DNA of 52,751 nucleotides, from contig NC_068987.1 in assembly GCF_001194135.2 (NCBI RefSeq), positions 37,213,730-37,266,480 of the forward strand, given 5' to 3'. Shown piece by piece: positions 21,650 to 33,140 of the stretch. Made by a program: the position numbers and the translations under genes. The notes under the pieces were generated by a model that saw only the letters and a program-made list of their open reading frames with translations, was not told the origin of the DNA and did not search any database. Source of the stretch: Octopus bimaculoides (Eukaryota). The stretch's first letter is position 1; each line of letters opens with the position of its first letter.

Positions 21650-24600
21650 TTTAAAGAAAGAAAACACAACATGGCTTCTCAAACCAAGGAAGGTGATGGC
21701 CCCAATGAAAATATCTTCTTTCCACTACTTACAAGGAGAGTTAACAATGTACATATAATAATGGGAACAACACAAAAGAATGTGAAAACAAAACATTACC
21801 ACCACCACCACCACACTTTGCATCATAACAAAACTATCCAAAATAGTAACAAGGCAAATGAAAACACAGCAGCAACAATGAAAATGAAAACAACAAAAAT
21901 GAGATCACAGGACAAAAAATAGTTCTCCATTCAACACATCAGCAAGTTCACCCTCCACCACCAACAACACCAGTAATGCTAATAAAAAAAAAATAAATAA
22001 ATAAAACTTGCAAATCTAGATTTAGCGATTTCACTGATGTGATATGTCAAATGAATGAGGACATTTTTATTCACTTAAAAGAGCTAAAATGTATATATTA
22101 CTATAGTGACTAGAACAGACAACACACCAGCAGATTGAAAAATGCCTGAGACTAATCTGGAGGACAAAACATACATAGCCAAGGAATCAGATTTGGAATT
22201 GTGGAAGTGGATTTGCTACAGAAGATGGGGCCAGAAAGCATTCCACAACCACCTTAATGTGTCATGAACTGGTCCTCATACCAATTTAACATGGCTGTAG
22301 GGGTTTAGAAAAGAAGACCAGTATTTTGCAATTACAGGGGCTACAGAAACAGAATTGGTCAGGCCAAAGCATGGAAATGCTCATACAGAAGGACAATACG
22401 AGCATGGAAATGGTACCAGACCAGATTAATCTACAAGATGGCACAAAACTACACATACCTGTCAAGTCCAGAAGTGCAAAGTGTCACTTGTGTGGCAATA
22501 AAAACTTTTCCAAGGCTTTTTGCCCACAGCAAAGGAAAGAAGAAAGAGACCACCTCTTTTGCTAACACCACCGCATCATCAACAACAATAACAGCAAAGA
22601 CAGCAGCAACAGCCCCAACAGAGGCAGGCAGACACAAGAGCAGCAAAAGTAAAATTAACAGCCACAAAACAGTAGTAACAGCAGCCGCATCTAAAGCAGT
22701 AACAACAAAAGTGGAAGTAACTAAAACAACAGAAAATACACCAACATCAACTACCACATCACAGACAACAGAAACAAAAACAATAACAGAAACCTCAAAT
22801 CAATAATAACAATATCAACAAAACAACACCACAAACCTCTCCACGACATACCTTTCCCTAACTCACACCATACAGACATGTCATGTAATAAAGGTGAAGG
22901 GGAGGACACCAAATGGCAAACAGTAACAAAGGCAATGAAATGAAAAAAAAAACAAAAATATGCCAATTCGAAAGACTGAGAGATACGAACAAATAGGGGA
23001 GGTGACTTCAAGCAATGATGCACCAACACTATCATCCTCATCACAACCATCACCACCACTATCACATGTACCATTAAAACAAGCACAAACAATAAGGACG
23101 CTTCCCCAATCATGAACAAAAAGAAGACATTACTAACTACATGAAAATACTAACATCACACGCAACGAGTATATCACATTAACCAATAACATTTTACCAC
23201 ATAAAAAACATCTAAATTTTGCAACAGACATACACCATTTTAAAACAAAATTACCCTAACCAAGTAGAAGAATTTAGATTCAACAAACAAAAAGCTATAT
23301 AAAGAACTGGTCATGAAAATACCCACACCCAGCACAAAGAACAAAACACCTGTTTTCTCACAGAAATTGGGCAAACGTTTCTTTTCACTCTCCTTCTCCC
23401 TTGTCTAACATGGCCATGCTAAGAATAGACAGTATAAATGCAAGTGGCCGGAGATTAACTCATCTCCATGTCAACTGGGAATGGTGGGGTGGAATGGCAG
23501 CACTGTTCTAAAAATATCTAAACCTCAAGATAAGGACGATCTTGGACCCAGAAGATGACTTTGTGGTCCTGGATGTGAACTGTAGCAAACTGCCTGGTTT
23601 GGATGGTCTGCTCTACAAATTTTACTTGTATATGCCAGACTTGTTTGGAGACCTCTTAGCAGATGTCTACTACAACTGGCAGCAGAATGGGAGAATTCCT
23701 AGTTCTGTGAGTTGAGTAGAGGAGGCATTGTTAAGAAAGGACCCAAACAAGGGGGATCAAGCAGAAAATTTTAGGCCCATAACTGTGCTAGACACAGATT
23801 TCAAAATTTTGGCCAAAGTGTTGGTGCTTCTCATTGAGGGACTGATTGGTGATGTGCAAACATGTGCCATCCTTAGTAGATCTACTCGCAACAACCTCCA
23901 TCTCATGCAATACATCATAGAGAGCGTGGATAAAGAACCTTTGATATGGTTGACCACCAATATTTGATGACCAATCTCACAGTGGATAGTTTTGGCTCCA
24001 TCTTCTGTAGTTGGATTGCCACAATGTACAGGAACATCTGCTTGATAGTTCAGGTGAATGGTTACCTATCAGAGCCATTCAGTGTTATGCACTCAGTCTG
24101 TAAACGTTATCCCCTTTTGTCTCTTCTGTATGTACTAATTCTAGAGTCACTACAGAGGAAACTAGAGAAGTTGAGGAGGATTCTGCACAAACTATGATAT
24201 GGGAGAATCATGTTGGCATAAATGAACTATGCTACTATCATAGTGTCAAACATCAAGCACATAGACATGATCAGTACTACTCTAAAACAATATGAGCAAT
24301 GACAGGAGCAAAAATTAGCCAAGAAAAGTCAGTGGGTCAGTGAGCCTGGAGAGGCAGGTCCATGCTATCCAATAATGTCATGGGACACTGGACAGATGGA
24401 TTAGTTAAATTGCTTGGTGCCTGGTTTGGCCCATAACTCCAGGTGGAGAAGAACTGAGAAAAGGTGATGAGCAGGGTGGCAAATCCCATCTAGAAATGGG
24501 CTGAGAGAAAGCTACCCTTGAAAGGTCAGGCAAATGCATGCATTACCTCCATTGCATATTGCCCACTAACTGTTATGCTTTGTCCCAGTTCATATCTGAC

Positions 24601-25845
24601 CAAACTGGAGCACCTACTCTTCTGCTATGGAAGAGAAACATTTGTTTCAACACCCACTGAGTACAGGAATGGGCATACCATAGCTGATGATGTCCAGATA
24701 TGCACTGAGGCCATGACATCTCCTGCGTTTCCTTGACAGTGAGCAGGTATGGTTGCTACCTGTCAGGCTCACTTTTCTGCAGCTCATCTCTTTACCTGAG
24801 CTGCAGCCTTGGCTCAAGCATAGATTGAAGCAGGGCACTTAGCACCTAGAGTACTTATGCTCCTCTGCCAGTTGGGCAACGTGGTCATTGAAAGTTCTAC
24901 TTTGATGTTCTATTGGGGTTAAGTGGTGGGCAAGCACAACATTCTTGGGGAGAATCTGGACATCAATTAGAATCAACTGGTGATCTATGCTGGAGGACTT
25001 TTGCACTAGAGCCCATAGATAATTTCCAGAAATCCTTGGCCTGGCAGTGCTACTGGATGGAATTAATGGTTTGAGAAAAACTCTACAGGCATAGATGAGC
25101 CATCAGTCAAGCCTGACTGAGATGTGTGCAAAGTGTCAAAGCTTCTGCATGCTACAGGGGAGCATTGCCAGTTTGGGACAAACTCTACAAGCATGGAAGT
25201 GCCATCAGCTAGGTTTGCGTGCAGAGTGACGAAACTGTTGTGTATGCTCTCATCCAATGTCCAAACATTACTGACTTGCGGGTGTATGTCAAACACCTGC
25301 TGTCACCTGTAGAGCAGTTCCAGCCATTGGTTGAGTCCATTGTGAAGATTGGTCCACCACTTTCCTTTGGCTGGGAAGGGCAGGCAGTGTTTATGTGTCT
25401 AGTAGCCTGAGCAAAGAGGCTGTATGGAGCACCGTATTGAAAGAGCTGAAGACAGATACTGACCACTTTGGCCAATCCTTCATCAACTTTTTCAAGTTTC
25501 ACTTGAAAAAGAAAGTGGGGGAGGGCAGTGCTGCCTTCCAACAATGTTTTGAAAAGTAACTGACTGTGGTAAGAATGGGCTGAGTGAATGGGTCTATTCT
25601 AAGCAGGTACCTGTAGTTAGAAGGAAGAGAATGAGGAGAGGGCATTTGGTCTAGTGGTGAAGGCAACTGGGGTTTGTGCAGTTTCCATAAGCAGCCCTAG
25701 GAAAGCTCTCTCTTTTGGGAAATTATTCATTGTTGGAATCTATTTTATTGTTGATTTTTCAATCTTTTTCACACACTCCTTTATGTAGCCTTACAATGCA
25801 TTGCTCCAATATTTTTGTGAACCCTTAGTGGTTAATAAAGAAAAC
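21650..25845 (+). mobile_element. Degenerate Tx1/L1-like LINE, antisense to the glutaredoxin
   Basis: An ORF1 knuckle remnant KCHLCGNKNFSKAFC and a low-complexity linker. RT remnant GLDGLLYKFY...LLRKDPNKGDQAENFRPITVLDTDFKILAKVL...QTCAI. A C-terminal Cys region at about 25100-25300 and AATAAA at about 25834. Confidence 0.8.
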
Positions 25846-26579
25846 AGTGTTACTGAGACGGCAAAATCATTAGCACATTTCACCCATCTTTATGCTCTGT
25901 GTATAAATTCCGCTGAGGCTGATTTTTGCCTTTCATCCTTTTGGGGTCAATGAAACATGTGCCAGTTCAGCATAGCGGGGTTGATGTAATTGATTAGTCC
26001 TCTCCCCTACAAAATTTCAGACTTTATGCCTACAGGTAGAAAGAATTATTATTATTTATTTATGAAATATAATCTATGATAAACACTGTACTGTAAGAGT
26101 GCAATGACAGTATAGATAATTAAGGGTTGATTGACTTGTGTCAATATTATCAGCTGTGTTAGTAAAGATGTTGATAATTAGATAATTAGATAATTAGATG
26201 TTGATAATTAGATAAATATATCTATAAATATAGAATTGACGCAAATATATACTTTAAAGTTATTTCAAATTAATATTGACATTCATTTCATGAAGGAAAT
26301 AGATGTTTTAATGGTTTGGGTGTGTACCCACTCTACCTTCACTCTTTGTTTTTAAGACTGCACCACCCTTCTTCATCTAGCAGCCAATAAAAATGTGGCT
26401 AGATGTGCCATTCAAGAATTGCCTGGGTATTTATTAACAAGAAGTTATATTTAGTTATTAAAATCTTGGCAATTCTAGTACAAGGAGCACAAAACATAAA
26501 ATAATCTATGAGGTCATTGTATTTAATTGATAAGACTAACAGACTTTAATCAGAATGTGAACTAGGCAACAATGTGCAC

Positions 26580-27490
26580 AAGACAGCTGTGTAGAATATA
26601 CATTAGTGTGGAATACAGAGATAATTAAATTGAACAGGTGTGTAGACTTGGTAGCTGTGTGGACTCAACAGCTGTTCATACTTAAACAGCCATGAGGACA
26701 AAACATCAATGTGGATGAAACACTATGTGGACTTAACACTCATTGGAATAGATAGCTGTATGGATTACAGAGGAATGAGAAAATGCAACAGTTGTGTAGA
26801 TTTGGCAGATGAGTAATTTTGCTATAAGAGTGAACTAGACATCGGTATGGATTGGGCAGCAGGGTTGACTACAAGGCTGTATGGAGTAAACAGCTGTGTG
26901 GATGAAATTGTCTAAATAGCAGTGTGGATGACACAGTATTGGATTTGACATGCGGAGAATTAACAGAAGCATGGAGTAAACAGCTACGTGGCACTGACAG
27001 CAGTGTGGACTACACAGCTGCACAAGCGAGACAGATGAGTGAACCTCATCACCTGTCTACCTTGACAGATGTGTGGACTTAAGTGCAATGTGAGCAGGAC
27101 AGCAGTGTAGATGAGAGAACCTTGTGGAGCAGACAAGTGTGTAGACTGCTTTGAACTAGATAGCTGTGTAGGCTTGATGGCTGTGTGGACTATGTCAGGA
27201 GTGTAAACATGGACATCTGTGTGGACTAGAGAGTTGCATGTATTTCACAAAAATGCTGTGAAGAAAAAAAGCTTAGTGAATTTGACAGCTGTGTGAACTC
27301 AACAAATGTATGAACTTAATAAGTGTGATGAACCTGACATATGGACAGAATTGACAGTTCTGCGGACTTAATAGCTGCATGGATTAGACAGGTATATGAG
27401 CTAAACCATTGTGTGCACTAAATACCCATGTAGACTTAGCAGATATGCAGACTTGTTTGGATTAGGTAGTTGTGTGGACTAACAGCTGTT
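26580..27490. repeat. Degenerate minisatellite with an approximately 17-bp unit (GACAGCTGTGTGGACTT-like)
   Basis: Variants such as GACAGCTGTGTAGAAT, GTAGCTGTGTGGACTC, ACAGCTGTGTGGATG and GACAGCTGTGTGAACTC recur throughout the interval. Confidence 0.75.
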
Positions 27491-28124
27491 AAATAAAGAA
27501 CTAGATGAAAATGAGAAGGATATTGTTAAAAACCTGGTACAAACAGAAACAAGAATGCAAGCAATACTTAAATACTAGAGTGTGAGGAACTAGTGCTGGT
27601 TTGTGGTTGCAAAACTAATGTACTAAAGCTCTGAAATGTTTTGGAATTTGTATAATGTGGGGAGATGTGAGTACTGATAACAGTATGCGTATTTCAATCT
27701 AAAAATCTTTAAATAGAAATATCTGCTCAGTGCTGTACTAAATGAATATATGGTTTCAGTCCAATGAACTTTAGTCAAAGTATCAGCATCCACATCAGTT
27801 CCCATAACACACAGAGTATATGAATATGTGAACTTATAAGACAATCATAATTTTTAACATAGGTAGACGGTCACACTTTGTTGGTGGAGGGGGTATAGAT
27901 GATAAACATGATTAAACTGGTATCTATCTATTTAGAAATCTAAAGTCAATGAAAATGACTCTAGTAGTACCTATCTATTTAAAGTCTACTGAAAAATTAA
28001 AGGCAAAGTTGACTCCAAACATGCTTTAGGCACTGAATTAAATACTGCATAATTTTTTTCTTGAGTTCCAATATCTAACATTGGCAGAGGGTCAGAAATT
28101 TTAGGGTGGTGTGTAGTTGATTAA

Positions 28125-28275
28125 CCTTTTCACATTTAAACCAGCCATATCTAGCCCAAATATTATACCTGTTTTATGTTCAAACAGGTCACATATGGCC
28201 TCTCACACATACCGTTAAATGTCATACAATCGCATCATTGAAATCTCTAAGCTATGAGATAATGCAGGAGTAATG
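28125..28275 (+). mobile_element. Truncated copy of the same piggyBac-type MITE
   Basis: TTAA|CCTTTTCACATTTAAACCAGCCATATCTAGCCCAAATATT...ATGTTCAAAC...CTCTCACAC...GCTATGAGATAATG aligns to 15129-15290. Confidence 0.65.
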
Positions 28276-28884
28276 TGAAAGAAGCTAAGTGGTTACATCA
28301 ACCCCAGTATTTGATAGGTACATATTTTATCAACCACAGGAGAAGGAAACATTAAGTTGATTTCAGAGAGATTTGAATTCAGTACATTTGTTAACTATTT
28401 AGTCAAACAACTTTATCTAGCTTTTCCTTCACATACCCTTAAAACTGCACCTCAGTGTGTAGAGGGTTAGTAGGAAATACTGTTAGGTATTTGGTATGGA
28501 ATCATCCTTTTTACCAATTTTCTAAAACATCTGAATAATCACACCTTGCTAAGACCACAGAAAATGTAATACAAAAAAAACTGTTTGAAGAGATATGGAA
28601 CAATGATAAGAACAACACTTTCAAGCCAAATGTCAGTTGGGTCATAGCCGACCTGCACCACAACAGCCTCACGTGAGATGCCAGATAAAGTTGAAAGTTA
28701 CTGGATTAGCATTTAGTTGAAACTGTTAAAAACTGTTTATTTCATATGATGGGACCAATCTATTAATTAGATTGCACCTTTCTTTGTTTTCCATTCTCAG
28801 ATACCTTATTGACAGATATTCACTAATGTAGTATATTCATAACTAATTCCCTTAAGTGTTGATCATCAAAGATACAAGTACAAC

Positions 28885-29140
28885 GTGAGCGGATTTGATA
28901 GATGGAAACTGAAAGGAGCTGTCATATGTGTGTGCGTGTGTATACACATACATATGTGTGTGTGTTTTTGTCCTGCACTACCACTTGACAATTGGTGTGA
29001 GTTTATGCCACTGTAACTTAGCAGTTTGCCAATAAGAGACTGATAGAATACCAGACTTAAGAAATATGTTCCACTAAACCCTTCAAAGCAGTGCCCTGGC
29101 ATCACCACAAGTCTAATGACTGAAACAAATAAAAGATACA
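28885..29140 (+). mobile_element. SINE family A, old 5'-truncated copy with CpG decay
   Basis: GATGGAAACTGAAAGGAG...TAACTTAGCAGTTTGCCAATAAGAGACTGATAGAATA...AATGACTGAAACAAATAAAAG. Confidence 0.7.
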
Positions 29141-30072
29141 ATATTGATTCTAGTCAGCCAGGGGCTTTGTTTCTTTCCTGGCAGTTTCACCACATCAATC
29201 ATGGTGGCTTGACTTAAATGTATATTCTTCATGATGAAAGAACCTTGAGAAGTGTTCCAGTATTGTTATTTAAATTTACTCAAGGCAGTGAGTTGAGAGA
29301 ATTGTTGAGCTGGACAAAATGCCTAGCAGTATTTCTTCTGGCTCTTTATGTTCTGAGTTCCTGAAATCAACTCTGCCTTTCATCCTTTTGGGGACGGGAA
29401 AAATAAATACCTGTCAAGCTCAGGGGCCGACATATTTGACTATATCCCTCTATTAAAATTGCTGACCTTGTGCCAAAATTTGCAACAGGTATTTTATAGT
29501 GAATTATTATCACACCAAAATGCAATATCTATTGGTCAATGTGAGGTCATGTGAGCTTTGGATGTATCATGCTTCCCTGAGGAGTTCTAATAAGACAGAA
29601 ACATATCCACAGTTGTCATCACAGCTACCAAAGATTAGACTCACTCTTCCCCTACAACCGAAATTTCAGTTCTCTCCCTTACCTCTTTCTATTAGGACTA
29701 ATTACTTTTCTCATCATTACAGTTATAATATCAATTAAAAATTATTTCAGCTCACCAGGAGACTTTTGTCTTTCATTTGTTTCAATCATTTGACAGTGAC
29801 CATGCTGGGGCACTGCTTTGAATGGTTTTACTTGAACAAATTGACTCCAGAACTTATTTTTTAAGCCTTCATTCTATCATCATAGAAATCGTTCTTCATG
29901 CAATCATATTTCGTCATCTGGTAGATTGTCTGTTTATAGAGAGACCAGATCAATGCAATTGACTTTATGACTTTTCTAGTCCTTATTGGTATTTAATGAC
30001 AATGAAATGCTAAGAAATTATTATTTAATATAATAAATTTATAGCATGTACGTGTGTGTGTGTGAGTATGTA

Positions 30073-30108
<36 letters not shown>

Positions 30109-30818
30109 NNNNNNNNNNNNNNNNNNNNNNNNNNNNNNNNNNNNNNNNNNNNNNNNNNNNNNNNNNNNNNNNNNNNNNNNNNNNNNNNNNNNNNNNNNNN
30201 NNNNNNNNNNNNNNNNNNNNNNNNNNNNNNNNNNNNNNNNNNNNNNNNNNNNNNNNNNNNNNNNNNNNNNNNNNNNNNNNNNNNNNNNNNNNNNNNNNNN
30301 NNNNNNNNNNNNNNNNNNNNNNNNNNNNNNNNNNNNNNNNNNNNNNNNNNNNNNNNNNNNNNNNNNNNNNNNNNNNNNNNNNNNNNNNNNNNNNNNNNNN
30401 NNNNNNNNNNNNNNNNNNNNNNNNNNNNNNNNNNNNNNNNNNNNNNNNNNNNNNNNNNNNNNNNNNNNNNNNNNNNNNNNNNNNNNNNNNNNNNNNNNNN
30501 NNNNNNNNNNNNNNNNNNNNNNNNNNNNNNNNNNNNNNNNNNNNNNNNNNNNNNNNNNNNNNNNNNNNNNNNNNNNNNNNNNNNNNNNNNNNNNNNNNNN
30601 NNNNNNNNNNNNNNNNNNNNNNNNNNNNNNNNNNNNNNNNNNNNNNNNNNNNNNNNNNNNNNNNNNNNNNNNNNNNNNNNNNNNNNNNNNNNNNNNNNNN
30701 NNNNNNNNNNNNNNNNNNNNNNNNNNNNNNNNNNNNNNNNNNNNNNNNNNNNNNNNNNNNNNNNNNNNNNNNNNNNNNNNNNNNNNNNNNNNNNNNNNCC
30801 ATCATCACTACAAGAACT

Positions 30819-30984
30819 TTTAGCTGAAGATTGGTAAAAAATTCCTTTGGAAATAATTCAAACTGTACGAGTCCATACCTCGTAGAATTTAACCTGTAAT
30901 TACTGGCGAAGGCGGTCGTATCCCATATCAAAATAAATTTGTTTGAAATTTTAAGGTGTTTCCATTATTTTGTGCAACCCCTGT
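30819..30984 (+). mobile_element. 3' end of a Tc1 element, same family as 36215-37431; the rest falls in a gap
   Basis: AAATTCCTTTGGAAATAATTCAAACTGTACGAGTCCATAC...GGTGTTTCCATTATTTTGTGCAACCCCTG is the reverse complement of 36215-36400. Confidence 0.8.
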
Positions 30985-31049
30985 GTATGTATATATATAT
31001 ATATATAATTAGAAATAAATAGGTGAAATGTACATGTAGTGCAACAGGG

Positions 31050-31875
31050 ACAGTACCTGAGATGAGAGGAATACGTGGTCAGTCACAGAATCTCATGGAA
31101 AGATCTTTAGGCTTGGGAATAAGCAAGAACATCCTTCCTGATCAAGTCTACATTTGATGTTTTGCCTTCACCAGCCAATTTAGTCTGGTAGAACATACAA
31201 ATGACTGATGAATGTAAATGTGGAGAGAAAGCAACCGGGAGACATCTTCTGTCAAACTGCAGGCTAGCACTAGACAGATATACATGGCATCACAGTCAAG
31301 TCCTCAGTGTCATAAAGTACATCACTCAAGGAGAAGATCGAGGGTTATAATAAGGGAGAGTATCCAAAAGTGGAAAAGCGTGGAAACTTCCAGAAGGAGG
31401 GAAAAGGACATAAGACCAGGCCTTCAAAAAAAGTATATGAGACACGAAAGATGGAAGGGATACTGAGAGCTGGCCACGAATTTGGAAAGACTTAATATTT
31501 CCACTCAAAAGACTAAACTTAATCATATGGATCACAGAATGAAAAATTGGAATTTTGCTACAGCTGACAGTGCCATGGGAAGAGAACATCACAAATGCAA
31601 AGCAATGGAAGAAGGAGAAGTATGAGAGATTAATCGAAGAGTGTGGGGGAACAGGGGTGGACTGTCTAGTATTACCAGCTGACAGTGGGGGTTAGAGGCT
31701 TCATTGAAAGGAAAATGGCAATGTTATTTAAAAGGTTTGCATTTTCGAGCTCAGAGCTGAGAAAAATAATGAGGATACAGGAGGCAGTTGATAAATCCAG
31801 ATTCTATATATGGCTAAAACAAGAAGACCTGAAATGGCTCAAAAGTCATAATGTGCTGACTGGGAAATAGCATCA
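31050..31875 (+). mobile_element. Hero/NeSL-like RLE LINE, 3' fragment
   Basis: ECKCGEKATGRHLLSNCRLALDRYTWHHSQVL (CCHC plus RHN motif) and VRGF...AVDKSRFYIWLKQEDLKW, a typical C-terminus for this group. Confidence 0.6.
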
Positions 31876-32558
31876 CTAGGTGAGGCTGGTTGGCACTTAA
31901 GCAATGTTGCTGCTTGGCAGGTGAGCCCAAAGGAGCGATCTCATTCATTGCATGCCCTTCTCCCCGATGGTTCCAAGGCTTGTACCATCAGGCAAATAGT
32001 TGGCTCTGGCTGCTGGAACTGAAACAAACATGATGCTGTTGGAAGGTAGATTTAGAGAGGGCACATGCCAAAACTACGCATCCTTCCCCTCTATTGGTCA
32101 GTTGAAGCTTAGATAGTGTCATGTGACAGTTAGCTAATGCTGGCTGCTGGAGCCTACCAGCAAGTATTTAAAGGGAAATTTGGCAGGATGGTCATCCATC
32201 CGCTGACATTCATTGACAGTGTCAATGAAACCAAATAAAAAAAGGCCAAAGAAAAACGGAGACAGGAAAAATGCACTCAACATCAGAGCTAAGGACACTT
32301 CTGTCCTGCTACATCAAAAACGGTAGGAGTAGGAGCTGGAACTGGGCGTGGTTCCTTCTAATGATGTCTTTAGCCACTGGATCCTATATAAGAGCTGTTG
32401 AAGTAGTGAACCACGAACCTTAAGACATAAAACAGATATCTAAAAGAAAGAGCTTGCCTTGCTGTAAACAACAGATGAATTGCCCTCAAATCATTACAAT
32501 TCAAAGCAGATGGATACAAGAAATAGGGTGGCTGCACAGAAAAAAAAAAGTCTATAAT

Positions 32559-33140
32559 ATCAGTGGTTCTCAACAATTTTGTGCTTTTGATCCCTATTTT
32601 AGTCAGATGGACGGACCCTCATAGCCATACGATGTTCAAAACATACTTTTATATCTCTGAATATTATTAGGAATTGGATATTATTTGCTTCTTTCACCCA
32701 CATGATTTTCACTAAGGAGAAAAAAAAAAAAACTTTTTTTGCCTAGAATCAAGTACCCTGACCTCCTAATATGCTGCAAACTCTTTATTTTTGTTCAGAA
32801 AAAAAAAAAGGTAGAGGACCCCCCACCTCTATATCCTGGAATCATTGGAAAATTTTCTTTTTCTGTTGAATGAATTCCGGTGACCTCCTAATATGCTACA
32901 AAACCCTTTTTTGGGGTCCGGAAAACGGGGTGTGGTGAGGTGGAAACCTCAGAAATTTAGCCCCTCCCACCCTAATTTGATCTTTTCACCTGCACGATTT
33001 TCACTAAGAAAAAAAAACAACTTTTTGCATGGAATCAAGTACCATGACCACCTAATATGCTACAGAACCCTTTTTTGTCTCCGGAAAACGGGGTGCGGTG
33101 GGTTGGAACCCTCGGAAGTTTCATCCCCATCCACATTTTC
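32559..33140. mobile_element. hAT-like element remnant with an internal duplication
   Basis: Starts CAGTGGTTCTCAAC. GATTTTCACTAAG...GAATCAAGTACC...CCTAATATGCT is repeated at about 32704 and 32996. Confidence 0.4.

Noticed and set aside
22438-23119. Thr-rich mucin-like and hydrophobic antisense ORFs
   Set aside because: ACA-rich low-complexity linker inside the Tx1/L1-like element, with no splice or domain support.
26580-27490. CRISPR-like repeat-spacer array
   Set aside because: The units are degenerate with no unique spacers of constant length, the context is eukaryotic, and no cas genes are present.
27623-27844. 73-aa minus ORF as an extra host exon
   Set aside because: No recognisable domain and no clear splice signals; the glutaredoxin CDS is already complete.
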